Source of the DNA: Bdellovibrionales bacterium
GTDB lineage: Bacteria; Bdellovibrionota; Bdellovibrionia; Bdellovibrionales; UBA1609
Direction of reading: 5' to 3'
DNA length: 64,000 bases
NCBI GenBank assembly: GCA_041690295.1
Contig: JAWLHR010000002.1
Location: 32,001-96,000, forward strand
A model generated the notes under the pieces. It saw nothing but the letters and a program-made list of their open reading frames with translations, did not search any database and was not told where the DNA came from. The position numbers were made by a program, and so were the translations under genes. Positions 8,257 through 18,607 of the stretch are shown piece by piece. How positions within the stretch are numbered: position 1 is the stretch's first letter; each line of letters starts with the position of its first letter.

Positions 8257-9267
8257 TCACCGAATTTGGATCACGACCACCCAGTCGGTGATGCCGGCGC
8301 GGAAGACGTCGGAGGCGAAGACCGTCCAAGGTCCTTCACCGGCGCGGGCCACGAAGTCGAGGCGGGGGCTTCGGTTCACGGGCTCCATGACGATCAGGAG
8401 CAAAGAATTGGCATTCAATGTGGCGTTGCCGGACATCAGAGTTTCGCTGGCCGCGCGCACGGCGGGTTCCATGGAAGCCGCTTCCTGCGGTGTCTCCACT
8501 TGCGGTAACACCATTTGCGATTCCCAGCGCAGCCCCAGATCACGCTCTTCAAGTTTCACAATCTGCACGAACAATCCAAACTGAAAGGCTTCAACTGAAG
8601 TGGCGGGCGTGACTTGCGTCATCTGTCCGCCGGGTCCGACCGCGATTGTGCGCGGAAGCGTGAGCCGCTGGGCGTTCATTTGAAGTTGTTCGTTGATCTT
8701 GGATGCGCTTGAAAAAAGATACGTCCGGCCCGATTGACTTTCGCCCACCCGCTGCGCGGAGGAGAGAAGTGGCGCAAGAATGTCCCGGGGAATCTCCCAA
8801 TGGGCGATCTCCACCTTGTTTTCCGTCGAAATCGCGGGGATCGCGGGCTCGGCCGCGGCCACCGATTTTTTGGCGGCATCCGCTTCGCTGGCGGCTTCCG
8901 CGGTCATAATCGCCGCCGCCTCAGGAGTCTCATCCGGTTTCGCCTCCCGCGCTGACATCGCTCGGCTGCGCGCGCGTTCCCGTTCCTGAATATCATTGGG
9001 ATCCGCCGCGTCCCGCGAAGTGAGCGGCAGATCGTTCAGAAACTGATCCATGCGTTTTGAAACCAGCTCACTTTGTGTTTGGATGATGTAGCCGATCACG
9101 AGAACGATCAGGATTCCGATCAGGCCCAGGTGCAGGTTTGGATTTTGGATCAGTCGAACCCAAATGGGCTTCGGTCGAGCGAGAAATTGCTCGATATCCA
9201 CGCCGCAACTGGCGCAGTATTTATCCGCGGGTTGGCTGAAGCCACAGCGTGGGCACTCGATCATCAT
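8257..9267 (-). CDS. Hypothetical membrane-anchored protein with N-terminal zinc ribbon
   Basis: CPRC..x10..CASC at the N-terminus, one TM helix (LGLIGILIVLVIGYII), Ala/Glu-rich linker. Confidence 0.75.
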   Translation of the reverse strand: MMIECPRCGFSQPADKYCASCGVDIEQFLARPKPIWVRLIQNPNLHLGLIGILIVLVIGYIIQTQSELVSKRMDQFLNDLPLTSRDAADPNDIQERERARSRAMSAREAKPDETPEAAAIMTAEAASEADAAKKSVAAAEPAIPAISTENKVEIAHWEIPRDILAPLLSSAQRVGESQSGRTYLFSSASKINEQLQMNAQRLTLPRTIAVGPGGQMTQVTPATSVEAFQFGLFVQIVKLEERDLGLRWESQMVLPQVETPQEAASMEPAVRAASETLMSGNATLNANSLLLIVMEPVNRSPRLDFVARAGEGPWTVFASDVFRAGITDWVVVIQIR

Positions 9268-9315
9268 ATGAGTTCAGGCTAACATCTTAATGAAATTTCA
9301 TGCTACTGATTTCCT

Positions 9316-10179
9316 ATGCATAAACCTGTTCTGCTCAATGAAATCGCGGCGCTGGCGGAGGAATCCCAGCCCAAAAAAATACTCGACGCCACATTTGGCC
9401 GGGGAGGACACACGCGCGCCTTTCTTAACCTGTCCAGCGCGCCCCATGTGACCGCGCTCGATCAGGACATCGAGGCCATCCAGCATGGCCAAAAAGAGTT
9501 CAAGGAAGAGATTGAGCAAGGACGGCTTCGCCTGATCCACGGCTCATTTCACGGGATTCAAGATCTCCTCAACAAAGAAAGTTTTGATTTGATTTTGCTT
9601 GATCTCGGTGTGAGCTCTCCACAGTTGGACGAACCGGAGCGGGGATTCAGTTTTTATCACGAAGGGCCGCTCGATATGCGTATGAATCGTGACCAGAAGC
9701 TGACCGCGGCCGATATCGTCAACAGCTGGTCAGAAGTCGAGTTGAATCATCTTTTCTCAACTTATGGCGAGATTCGCCGTCCGCATCGCGTGGTCCGGGC
9801 GATCGTCCAGGACAGAAAAACCAAGCCGTTCACCTCAACGCGGCAACTCGCGGGATTGATCGAAAGAGTCGAAGGCTGGCGCCGCAAAGGCCATCATCCG
9901 GCGACGACTTACTTTCTGGCGCTGAGAATGGCGGTGAACAATGAACTCGAAGGGCTTAAAGCGGCCTTGCCCGACTTAATGCGGGCTTTGAATCCCGGCG
10001 GGCAGTTGATGGTCATCACATTTCACTCTCTCGAGGACCGCATCATCAAGTATGCTTTTAAGGAGAGCCCGGAGCTTGGATCTCCGCGTTTCAAAAAAGT
10101 GATCGTGCCCTCGCGTGAGGAGTGTGAACTGAATCCGCGGGCTCGCAGCGCCAAGCTAAGGGTTTTTCAACGGGAGTAA
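9316..10179 (+). CDS. rsmH: 16S rRNA m4C1402 methyltransferase
   Basis: HKPVLL, DATFGRGGH, DLGVSSPQLD, GPLDMRM, ITFHSLEDR, NPRARSAKLR. Confidence 0.97.
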   Translation: MHKPVLLNEIAALAEESQPKKILDATFGRGGHTRAFLNLSSAPHVTALDQDIEAIQHGQKEFKEEIEQGRLRLIHGSFHGIQDLLNKESFDLILLDLGVSSPQLDEPERGFSFYHEGPLDMRMNRDQKLTAADIVNSWSEVELNHLFSTYGEIRRPHRVVRAIVQDRKTKPFTSTRQLAGLIERVEGWRRKGHHPATTYFLALRMAVNNELEGLKAALPDLMRALNPGGQLMVITFHSLEDRIIKYAFKESPELGSPRFKKVIVPSREECELNPRARSAKLRVFQRE

Positions 10180-10184
10180 ACATC

Positions 10185-10487
10185 ATGAGGTCATACATCG
10201 CTCTTCGTGAAATGGTGCCCTTTTTTAGCGTTCTCATTTTCGTCGCCACACTGTTCACGCTGGTTCTTCTCAAAATGGAAGTGCGGCGAATGGGATACTC
10301 AGTGCTCAAGGCCACCCAGGAGTATCGCAACCTTCAGGATCAATACCGCCTGCTGAACATGGAATACGCCAAACGCACCCGCCCCGATGTGGTGCGAAAG
10401 TACGCGGTGTCGCGGTTGACCCTGATCGATGCGCGTGACGGACAAATCATTCAACTGACCGGTCAAAAGCTGGCGTTCCCGCAGTAA
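10185..10487 (+). CDS. ftsL: Cell division protein FtsL
   Basis: 100 aa, one TM helix followed by coiled coil, located between rsmH and ftsI. Confidence 0.75.
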   Translation: MRSYIALREMVPFFSVLIFVATLFTLVLLKMEVRRMGYSVLKATQEYRNLQDQYRLLNMEYAKRTRPDVVRKYAVSRLTLIDARDGQIIQLTGQKLAFPQ

Positions 10488-10489
10488 AA

Positions 10490-12430
10490 ATGAAGAATCG
10501 CATCCTCTTTCTATTTTCGTGCTTTCTCGCCATGTGGTCCGTGCTCCTGATGCGCGCCATGTTCCTGCAGATTTTTCCCGACGTGCGATTGGAAAAATTG
10601 AAACGAAAACAATTCGAGACGTCGCTGCAGATTCGGACCCGCCGTGGCGCCATCGTCGACCGGAACGGGCGGGAATTGGCGGCCAGTGTCCCGGCCTTTT
10701 CACTCTTCGCCGATCCCAAGTTAATTAAAAATCCCGAGCAGCTGGCCGATCGCTTGTCGCGTTACTTGAGGCTTTCCAAAAAGCATTTGCGATCCCGTTT
10801 GCGTGACCGTGATCGCCGATTCGTCTGGATCCGGCGCCAGTTGGATCAAAAGCAAAGAGATCACATTCGAAAATGGAATGAGCCGGGTCTGGGCTTCGTG
10901 GAAGAACCGAAACGCATTTATCCCAACGGCGCATTGCTCTCGCAGGTTTTGGGATTCGTCGGATCCGATGGGATCGGACTTGAGGGTTTGGAGTACGAAT
11001 TCAACGATCACCTTGAAGGTAAGTTGAAAAAAATCATTCTCCCGCGAGACGCCCGTGGGCGCCCGTTGCTGGCGGATGGTCGCGCGCTCACCGAGGTGCC
11101 GGATGGGGCGGATCTGGAACTCACGATCGACCAGGAAATTCAATTCACGCTCGAGCGCGAACTGGCTTCGGTGGTGGATCGCTTTTCCGCCCATTCCGCG
11201 GTCGGCGTGGTGATGGACGCGCAAACCTCGGAGATTCTCGCGATGGCGAACTTGCCCGCGATCGACGCCAACTCCGGTCCGCGAAAGGCGACGGCCCGGC
11301 GCAACCGCATCGTGACCGACGCGTTCGAACCGGGAAGCACACTTAAAACCTTCGTGATCGCGGCGGGCCTTAAGGAAAATCTCTTGCGGCCGGCGAGCAA
11401 ATACTTTTGTGAAAACGGCCGCATGAAAATCGGCAACCGCTGGATCACCGAGGCGGACTCCCACCACAAATTCGGAACCCTGACCGCGACGGAAATTTTA
11501 GCTTTGTCTTCCAATGTGGGAATCGCCAAAATCGCTTTCGAGTTGGGGGCGGAGCGATTGTACAAAACATTGGCCGACTTCGGCTTCGGCGCCAAAATGG
11601 GAATCGCTCTTCCGGGAGAATCGCGGGGGATATTAAACCCGTTGCCCTGGAACCAACATTTACTGAGTAATGTTTCCTTCGGACATGGCGTTTCCGTCAC
11701 ACCGATTCAATTGGTGACCGCTTACACGGCCATCGCCAACGGCGGTGTTTTGAAAAAACCTTTGCTCGTGCGCGCGGTTCGCGAGCCGGGCAAAGAGCCG
11801 AGATATTTCGAATCCGAAGAAATCCGCCGGGTGCTCAGCCCCGCGGATGCGGCCACTTTGCGGTTGATGTTGACCGCCGCCACTGGCGAAAAAGCCACCG
11901 GTTACAACGCGCGCATTCCGGGCTATTTCGTCGCCGGTAAGACGGGAACCGCTCAGAAGGTGGATTTGAAAAACGGCGGCTATCTGCCGAATTCGTACAT
12001 TTCCAGTTTCGCCGGCTTCGTGCCCGCTCACACACCAAGGTTCGTCATCTACATCGCGGTTGATGATCCAACGAAGGCCTATTACGGCTCCCAAGTAGCC
12101 GCTCCCGTTTTCGCCCGAATGGCCCAATATCTCGTGCGGCGAAGCGGCTTGCCGCCGGTGTTGATTTCCGAGCAAAACGTGATTGAGCGGCACGAGAAAA
12201 AAGAAGCACCGAGGGCCGCTCGGGAAGAAAACGTGAAAGTGAATGAAGCCACCATGTCGGTCTTTCCCAACCTCTACGGGATGACATTGCGCGAAGCTCT
12301 CAATCAAATCCGCCCCCATGTGAGCAAAATCGAGATTCGTGGTTCTGGTTTCGTGGTTCGCACGGTGCCTCCGCCGGGTGCTGAACTCGGTAAAAGGCGC
12401 CACGTGAAAATGGTGCTGGAAAATCCATGA
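10490..12430 (+). CDS. ftsI: Peptidoglycan transpeptidase PBP3 with C-terminal PASTA domain
   Basis: RGAIVDRNG, RIYP, GLEGLE, EPGSTLK, SSNVG, GKTGTAQK motifs; PNLYGMTLREA PASTA. Confidence 0.95.
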   Translation: MKNRILFLFSCFLAMWSVLLMRAMFLQIFPDVRLEKLKRKQFETSLQIRTRRGAIVDRNGRELAASVPAFSLFADPKLIKNPEQLADRLSRYLRLSKKHLRSRLRDRDRRFVWIRRQLDQKQRDHIRKWNEPGLGFVEEPKRIYPNGALLSQVLGFVGSDGIGLEGLEYEFNDHLEGKLKKIILPRDARGRPLLADGRALTEVPDGADLELTIDQEIQFTLERELASVVDRFSAHSAVGVVMDAQTSEILAMANLPAIDANSGPRKATARRNRIVTDAFEPGSTLKTFVIAAGLKENLLRPASKYFCENGRMKIGNRWITEADSHHKFGTLTATEILALSSNVGIAKIAFELGAERLYKTLADFGFGAKMGIALPGESRGILNPLPWNQHLLSNVSFGHGVSVTPIQLVTAYTAIANGGVLKKPLLVRAVREPGKEPRYFESEEIRRVLSPADAATLRLMLTAATGEKATGYNARIPGYFVAGKTGTAQKVDLKNGGYLPNSYISSFAGFVPAHTPRFVIYIAVDDPTKAYYGSQVAAPVFARMAQYLVRRSGLPPVLISEQNVIERHEKKEAPRAAREENVKVNEATMSVFPNLYGMTLREALNQIRPHVSKIEIRGSGFVVRTVPPPGAELGKRRHVKMVLENP

Positions 12431-13911
12431 AACTCGCGCAACTGCTATCAGCCTTTGATCAATTGAAATGGGGAAACGCCACCCACGCGGATGTCAAAGA
12501 CCTCACCCAGGATTCCCGTAAAGTCGGACCGGGGACGGTGTTCGTGGCCATTCGCGGTTCAAGTGGTGACGGTCACCGCTTTTTGGATAAAGCGGCCAAA
12601 GCCGGCGCCGTCGCGCTGGTGGTTGAAGACGAAAGCGCCGTACCGAAAGATTTCGCCGGCGCCGTGGTGAAAGTTCCGTCCACCCGCGTGGCTTTGGACC
12701 GGCTGGCTCCGAGGTTTTTCGGTAATCCCGCGGAGAATCTTTTTTGCGTCGGTGTGACCGGCACCAATGGCAAAACCACGGTCACTTACATGATCGAGGC
12801 GATCTTCAAAAAGTTCGGATGGCCCACCGGCGTAATGGGAACCATCGATCATCACTTGGGCGATCGGCGTTGGGTCAGTTCGCTCACGACTCCTGACCCC
12901 ATCACCTTGCATGGCCGGCTGAAGGAGTTTAAGGCCTTGGGCGCGCAGGCCGCGGCCTTCGAAGTTTCATCCCACGCTTTGCAACAACACCGGGCCGATT
13001 CCTTGCCATTCGCGGTCGGCATATTCACGAACTTCACTCGTGATCATCTGGATTATCATGGTGATATGGATCATTATTTTTCGGCCAAACAACGACTGTT
13101 TTCGGAGTTGTTGGGGCGACATCCCGACGTGAAGGTCGCGGTTTTGAATTCGGATGATCCATGGGTGCGTAAGACTCAAGTTCGCGAAGGCGTGTCCACG
13201 TGGTGGTACGGCCAAAGTGAAGATGCGGATTTTAAGTTCCGGCCGCTCAAGCAGGATCTGAACGGGACGCTTTTTCATCTGTCCACGCCGCGTGGAAACA
13301 CGGAAATTTCCGTTCCTTCTCCTGGGCTGCACAATGTGTACAACGCGGTGGCCGCGACCGCCGCCACTCTAAGCGCGGGTGTTTCACTCGAAACCGCCGC
13401 TGAAGCTTTGAGTCGTTTCTTCGGTGCCCCGGGGCGACTGGAGAAAGTGCCTAACAATCGGGCAATACATATCTTCGTTGATTACGCGCACACCGATGAC
13501 GCCCTGGCCTCGGTGCTGAATGCTTTGGCGCAAGCACGGGCGAAGAGTGGGGGATCGGGCCGCATTTTGACCGTGTTCGGCTGTGGTGGCGATCGTGATC
13601 GTGGAAAACGCCCGCTGATGGCCAAAGCGGCGGCGAATTTTTCCGACGTGGTCATTATCACTTCGGACAACCCGAGAAGCGAGGAACCGCGATCGATTAT
13701 TGACGACATTCGTGCCGGAATCCCGTCGGGATGGAAGGGAGAGTTGGCGATCGAGCCGGATCGTCGCCAGGCCCTTTCCCTCTCCTTGCAAATGGCACGG
13801 GAAGGTGATGTGATTTTGGTGGCTGGCAAAGGACATGAAGATTATCAAATCATCGGCGAAGAAAAATTGCCGTTTTCCGATGTCCATGTGATGAATGAAT
13901 TATTGCGATAA
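12427..13911 (+). CDS. murE: UDP-MurNAc-tripeptide synthetase (meso-DAP specific)
   Basis: GVTGTNGKTT, EVSSH, DHLDYH, VDYAHT, DNPR (DAP specificity), AGKGHE. Confidence 0.97.
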   Translation: MKLAQLLSAFDQLKWGNATHADVKDLTQDSRKVGPGTVFVAIRGSSGDGHRFLDKAAKAGAVALVVEDESAVPKDFAGAVVKVPSTRVALDRLAPRFFGNPAENLFCVGVTGTNGKTTVTYMIEAIFKKFGWPTGVMGTIDHHLGDRRWVSSLTTPDPITLHGRLKEFKALGAQAAAFEVSSHALQQHRADSLPFAVGIFTNFTRDHLDYHGDMDHYFSAKQRLFSELLGRHPDVKVAVLNSDDPWVRKTQVREGVSTWWYGQSEDADFKFRPLKQDLNGTLFHLSTPRGNTEISVPSPGLHNVYNAVAATAATLSAGVSLETAAEALSRFFGAPGRLEKVPNNRAIHIFVDYAHTDDALASVLNALAQARAKSGGSGRILTVFGCGGDRDRGKRPLMAKAAANFSDVVIITSDNPRSEEPRSIIDDIRAGIPSGWKGELAIEPDRRQALSLSLQMAREGDVILVAGKGHEDYQIIGEEKLPFSDVHVMNELLR

Positions 13912-13931
13912 TTTAATGAGCGAGGCGATTT

Positions 13932-15347
13932 TTGCGAGCTGAAGACAAAAAGTGGACATGTTCCGTGGCGGATCTCGCGGGGGCCACCGGGGGAAAGATT
14001 CTTCAGCCGTCGGTGTCCATGTTTTTGGGCGTGGGCACCGACACGCGAATGGATCTCACGTCCCGGCTTTATGTGGCGCTCAAAGGCGACCGTTTCGATG
14101 GACATGACTTTGTCGACCAGGCGATCGAAAAGGGGGCCGCGGCGGTGATGGTCCATGAGTGGCGTGAGGCCTGGAAACCGCTTCTTTCCAGGGCCTCGTT
14201 CATCCAGGTCGCGGATACACTACAGGGCTTGCAGGCTTTCGCAAGGCATTGGCGCCATAAGAACAAGTTCAAAGTTTTCGCCATCACCGGCAGCAACGGC
14301 AAAACCTCCACCAAAGAATTCACCACTAAAATTCTGCAAAAGAAATTTTCGGTCTTTTCGTCCAAGGGAAGCTTTAACAACCATTGGGGCGTGCCGCTTT
14401 CAATCCTGAGCGCGGGGCCTGAGCACACTCACCTGGTTCTTGAATTCGGCATGAACCATTCGGGCGAGATTTGGCGCCTTTGTCAGATCGCGGAACCCGA
14501 CGTGGTGGTGGTGACTTCGGTCGGCCGCGCCCATATCGGTGAGTTGGGTTCACAGGAGAATGTGGCCAAAGCCAAGGAAGAAATATACATGGCCTGCCCG
14601 AACAGCATTCACGTCTTCAACGTGGATAACGAATGGACCATGCGAATGCATGCCAACTCCCAGAGTCCGCAAAAAATCACCTTTTCCGCTTTCAATCCCG
14701 ATGTGGATGTCCATCTGCGCGCGCAACGCTTTAATTGGGAAGGTCTCGATATCGTGGGACATATCCGGCGCAAGGAAGGTCAGGTGAATGTGCGGGTGTT
14801 CGGCCGGCAAAACACGGTGAATCTCATGGCCGCGGCCTCGCTGGCGTTAGCCTCTGGGATGGAGCCCGACGCCATCTGGTCGGCGATGGGAACAATCGCC
14901 GATATTTCATGGGGGCGAAATCAGATTATTGAAACCAAAACGGGAGCGAAGATTTTATTCGACGCTTACAACGCGAATCCCGACAGCATGCAGGCGCTGC
15001 TTAAGAATTTGTACGAGATGGACGTGCAAGGACGAAAATTCTTCGTCGCCGCGGACATGGGCGAGTTAGGCTCGTTCAGCGAAGCGGCCCACGAGGAAAT
15101 CGGTGAAAAGGCGGGACGCGTGGGTTTTGAGATGATCTGGTACGTCGGTTCCTTCGGCGACGCCTTCGCCAAAGGACTTAAAAAATCCGGAGCGCCCACG
15201 GAATTCCATTACACCAAGGAAATGGATCCGGGCTTGGCGTCGACGATGTGGAATCGGTTGCAGGATGGTGATTTGGTGGCCATGAAAGCTTCGCGCTCCA
15301 TGGCCCTCGAACGAGTACTAAAACTGTGGGGAATTGATGCTGTATAA
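13932..15347 (+). CDS. murF: UDP-MurNAc-pentapeptide synthetase
   Basis: [44 protein letters not shown]. Exact start uncertain (TTG). Confidence 0.95.
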   Translation: MRAEDKKWTCSVADLAGATGGKILQPSVSMFLGVGTDTRMDLTSRLYVALKGDRFDGHDFVDQAIEKGAAAVMVHEWREAWKPLLSRASFIQVADTLQGLQAFARHWRHKNKFKVFAITGSNGKTSTKEFTTKILQKKFSVFSSKGSFNNHWGVPLSILSAGPEHTHLVLEFGMNHSGEIWRLCQIAEPDVVVVTSVGRAHIGELGSQENVAKAKEEIYMACPNSIHVFNVDNEWTMRMHANSQSPQKITFSAFNPDVDVHLRAQRFNWEGLDIVGHIRRKEGQVNVRVFGRQNTVNLMAAASLALASGMEPDAIWSAMGTIADISWGRNQIIETKTGAKILFDAYNANPDSMQALLKNLYEMDVQGRKFFVAADMGELGSFSEAAHEEIGEKAGRVGFEMIWYVGSFGDAFAKGLKKSGAPTEFHYTKEMDPGLASTMWNRLQDGDLVAMKASRSMALERVLKLWGIDAV

Positions 15348-16422
15348 GTTTCTAGTTGAAGTTGGAAGCGCGTCGGAAACGTTTTCGGCCTTTAATGTTT
15401 TTCGCTACATTACCTTCCGAACGTTCATTTCGTTTTTCACCGCGTTTCTTTTTTGTTATCTGCTCGGTCCTTACTTCATAAGCACGCTGAAAAAACGGCA
15501 CTTCGGCCAAGCCATCCGCGATGACGGGCCAAAATCCCATCTCAAAAAATCCGGCACGCCAACCATGGGCGGCAGTCTGATCCTGTTCGCCATCTTGATG
15601 CCCACCTTGCTCTGGGTGGATTTATCGAATGTTTTTGTTTGGGCGACACTGGCTGTCACCATCGGCTTTGGCATGATCGGTTACTGGGATGACTGGCTGA
15701 AAGTCACCAAAAAGAATTCACGGGGCGTGAAGGGGAAAGTTCGTTTGGCCGGTGAGTTTTTGATCTCGGGTCTCGTGCTGTTTTTCCTGGTGCAACAGGG
15801 CCATTTGCCCACGGCGATCACCTTTCCGTTTTTCAAGCATCTGAGTTGGGAGCTTGGCTGGTTTTACATTGTTTTCGCCTCTCTGGTGGTGGTGGGCTGC
15901 GCCAATGCGGTCAATCTGACCGATGGACTGGATGGATTAGCCATTTTTCCGGTGATTATTTGTGCCGCCACCCTTGGGGTTTTTTCATACGTGGCCGGCC
16001 ATGCACGCATCGCGGAATATCTGGCCATCCCCTATATTCCGGGGACGGGGGAGCTTTTACCCTTGGCGGGCGCCGTGGTGGCGGCCGGAATGGGCTTTCT
16101 TTGGTATAACACCTACCCGGCTCAGGTCTTCATGGGCGATGTGGGAAGCCTTTCTTTGGGCGGCTTTTTGGGAATTACGGCCGTTATAACGCAAAACGAG
16201 CTTTTGTTGGTGGTATTGGGCGGTGTTTTTGTGGTAGAAGCCCTGTCAGTGATTACCCAAGTCATATCGTTTAAACTGACCGGCCGGCGCGTGTTCAAGA
16301 TGGCGCCGATTCACCACCATTATGAACTCAAAGGATTGGATGAAACCAAAATCATTGTGCGATTTTGGATCGTCTCCATTCTGCTGGCCGTCTTATCCCT
16401 GGCGACGCTGAAGTTGCGATAA
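15337..16422 (+). CDS. mraY: Phospho-MurNAc-pentapeptide transferase
   Basis: [38 protein letters not shown]. Confidence 0.97.
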   Translation: MLYKFLVEVGSASETFSAFNVFRYITFRTFISFFTAFLFCYLLGPYFISTLKKRHFGQAIRDDGPKSHLKKSGTPTMGGSLILFAILMPTLLWVDLSNVFVWATLAVTIGFGMIGYWDDWLKVTKKNSRGVKGKVRLAGEFLISGLVLFFLVQQGHLPTAITFPFFKHLSWELGWFYIVFASLVVVGCANAVNLTDGLDGLAIFPVIICAATLGVFSYVAGHARIAEYLAIPYIPGTGELLPLAGAVVAAGMGFLWYNTYPAQVFMGDVGSLSLGGFLGITAVITQNELLLVVLGGVFVVEALSVITQVISFKLTGRRVFKMAPIHHHYELKGLDETKIIVRFWIVSILLAVLSLATLKLR

Positions 16423-16435
16423 TCGAGGTCACCCC

Positions 16436-17824
16436 ATGGAATTGAATGAATTAAGCGGCAAACGGATTCTTATTGTCGGCTTGGCCAAAACGGGCGTGTC
16501 GTTGGCCCATTTGCTGACTCGCTATGGCGTTCAGGTCACCATCTCCGATCACAAGTCGAAAGCCGAACTGTCAGGATTCCTTGAACAGTTGGAAGGCCTG
16601 AACGTCACTTTGGAGTTGGGCGGGCATACGCCGAAAACCTTTTTGAACCAGGACCTGATCATTCTCAGCCCCGGGGTTCCGCCGCATTTGAAAATTTTCG
16701 ATTACGCGCGCTCGCAGGGTGTTCAGGTGACCGGCGAGATGGAGTTTTCGGCGCAGTTCGTGAATGAACCGATCGTCGCCGTCACGGGCACCAATGGAAA
16801 AACCACGACCACCCATTTGATTCACACCTTCCTCACCGAGTCGGGGATCAAATCCTGGATTGGTGGAAACTTCGGCGAGCCTTTGAGCGAATACCTGAAT
16901 AAAGGCGAAAAGGCCGATGTGCTCGTGCTTGAAGTTTCCAGCTTCATGCTGGAGCACGTGCAGAAGTTTAAACCGACGAATATCGTTTTCACCAACTTGG
17001 CGGAAAATCACCTCGATCGTTACCGCACGATGGAAGAATACGTGAACGCCAAACGGAAGATCTTTCTCAATACGAACGGCAAAACCACAAGCATCTTGAA
17101 CGCCGATGACAACGCGGTCGTGGAATTGGCCCGGGATCCGATGGTTCAACAAGGCCGGATCTTTTACTTCTCACGTAAACCCATTCTTGAGCCGCAGATC
17201 ATGGAAATCGGCGGCGCCGTGACGATCAAGAACCAGGTGCGGATGCGCACTCACGCCCGCCCGGAAATCGAGTACTACTCGGTGGAAAATACCAAAATGC
17301 GTGGGAAACACTCTCACGAAAACATCATGGCCGCCATCCTGGCCGCCCGCGAACATGGCGCCAAGCACGAAGTCATTCAGCAGGTCATTGAGACTTACAA
17401 AGGAATGCCCCATCGCTTGGAGTACGTGCGCAAGGTCGGTGGCGTTGAGTTTTATAACGACTCGAAAGCCACCAATGTGCATGCGGTGATGCGCGCGTTG
17501 GATGCGTTTGATGAAAACGTGATTCTCATCATGGGCGGAAAAGACACCAACCTGAACTACGCTCCGCTTCGCGATAAAATTCAACGTAAGGTGAAAACGC
17601 TGATTTTGGTGGGTGAGGCGAAAGAACGCATCAACCGCGATATAGGCGATTACGCCGAAACCTTCTTGATCGGAACTTTTGAGGAAGCCGTGTTGATCGC
17701 CTACCAGAAATCACGCATCGGCGACACGGTTCTGCTCTCTCCCGGAGCTTCGAGCTTTGACATGTTCGATTCCTATGTGGAGCGCGGGAATTACTTCAAA
17801 GAGATCGTGAACAAGTTTAAGTGA
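16436..17824 (+). CDS. murD: UDP-MurNAc-L-Ala-D-Glu ligase
   Basis: ILSPGV, AVTGTNGKTTT, LEVSSF, NHLDRY, YNDSKATN, LLSPGASSFD. Confidence 0.97.
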   Translation: MELNELSGKRILIVGLAKTGVSLAHLLTRYGVQVTISDHKSKAELSGFLEQLEGLNVTLELGGHTPKTFLNQDLIILSPGVPPHLKIFDYARSQGVQVTGEMEFSAQFVNEPIVAVTGTNGKTTTTHLIHTFLTESGIKSWIGGNFGEPLSEYLNKGEKADVLVLEVSSFMLEHVQKFKPTNIVFTNLAENHLDRYRTMEEYVNAKRKIFLNTNGKTTSILNADDNAVVELARDPMVQQGRIFYFSRKPILEPQIMEIGGAVTIKNQVRMRTHARPEIEYYSVENTKMRGKHSHENIMAAILAAREHGAKHEVIQQVIETYKGMPHRLEYVRKVGGVEFYNDSKATNVHAVMRALDAFDENVILIMGGKDTNLNYAPLRDKIQRKVKTLILVGEAKERINRDIGDYAETFLIGTFEEAVLIAYQKSRIGDTVLLSPGASSFDMFDSYVERGNYFKEIVNKFK

Positions 17825-17829
17825 TCGGA

Positions 17830-18570
17830 TCAGCTTTCCGAGGCGCGAACAATCATGCGCGCCGGAGTTGAATCTGATTCTTCGGTGAAATCTTCATCCG
17901 TGTGCTCTTCCATTTCTTTTATGGCGTAGTGCTGGTTGAGTCCTTTGATCGGATTCACCAGAAAAACCAATGGAGTTGAACGCAACGCCGAGCGCCGACC
18001 GTTGCGTTCGATGATCGGCTGGCCGCTGAGAGCGTTGATCGAAACGGAATATTCAAACTTTCTCACCAAAACTTCCGCCGGATCAAAGGATTTAACGGTG
18101 ATAAAGCTATCACCCGCCGAAAGAGTCATCGTTGTGAACTCCTGAAGGCGAAGCCGCACTCCGCCGAATCCCAGTTGAACGTGGTGATTTTTGCGCAAAA
18201 CCACGAGAGTGTTGGATTCAGTTTCAACTGCTGATCCACCATGGAATTGAAATCCGGCTCGGGAAAACCTTCCGGCGTAAAGCGCCGTTTTGTCCACGAT
18301 CTGGCTTGACGGCGTGACGGCGGACCAGCGGTCTTTTAAGTGTCTTTTGGCCCGGACGTCATTCTTGGTGAAGGTGATTTCCCCGACTCCGTACTTTAAG
18401 GGAGCTGGACTGGAGATGGGTTGAGGCTCCGGCCGGGAAGGAAAATCGTTATAGAGAAGATCCAGACTTATGGCCAAGGCGAAAGCCGCGCCTATTGAGA
18501 CGACAACTTCAGGAAACGTATATTTTCTAACTGTTTGGATCACGATGTTGATATCGGCGGTGGGGGCCAC
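17830..18570 (-). CDS. Membrane-anchored FecR-like beta-strand domain protein
   Basis: TM segment, then VGEITFTKNDVR...W.....I.....LY.G..S.A...F..GS......NT.V.L pattern resembling FecR domains; start uncertain. Confidence 0.5.
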   Translation of the reverse strand: MAPTADINIVIQTVRKYTFPEVVVSIGAAFALAISLDLLYNDFPSRPEPQPISSPAPLKYGVGEITFTKNDVRAKRHLKDRWSAVTPSSQIVDKTALYAGRFSRAGFQFHGGSAVETESNTLVVLRKNHHVQLGFGGVRLRLQEFTTMTLSAGDSFITVKSFDPAEVLVRKFEYSVSINALSGQPIIERNGRRSALRSTPLVFLVNPIKGLNQHYAIKEMEEHTDEDFTEESDSTPARMIVRASES

Positions 18571-18607
18571 TCATTTAACTTTATCTGGTCTATCGTTTGA
18601 TCCAGGT

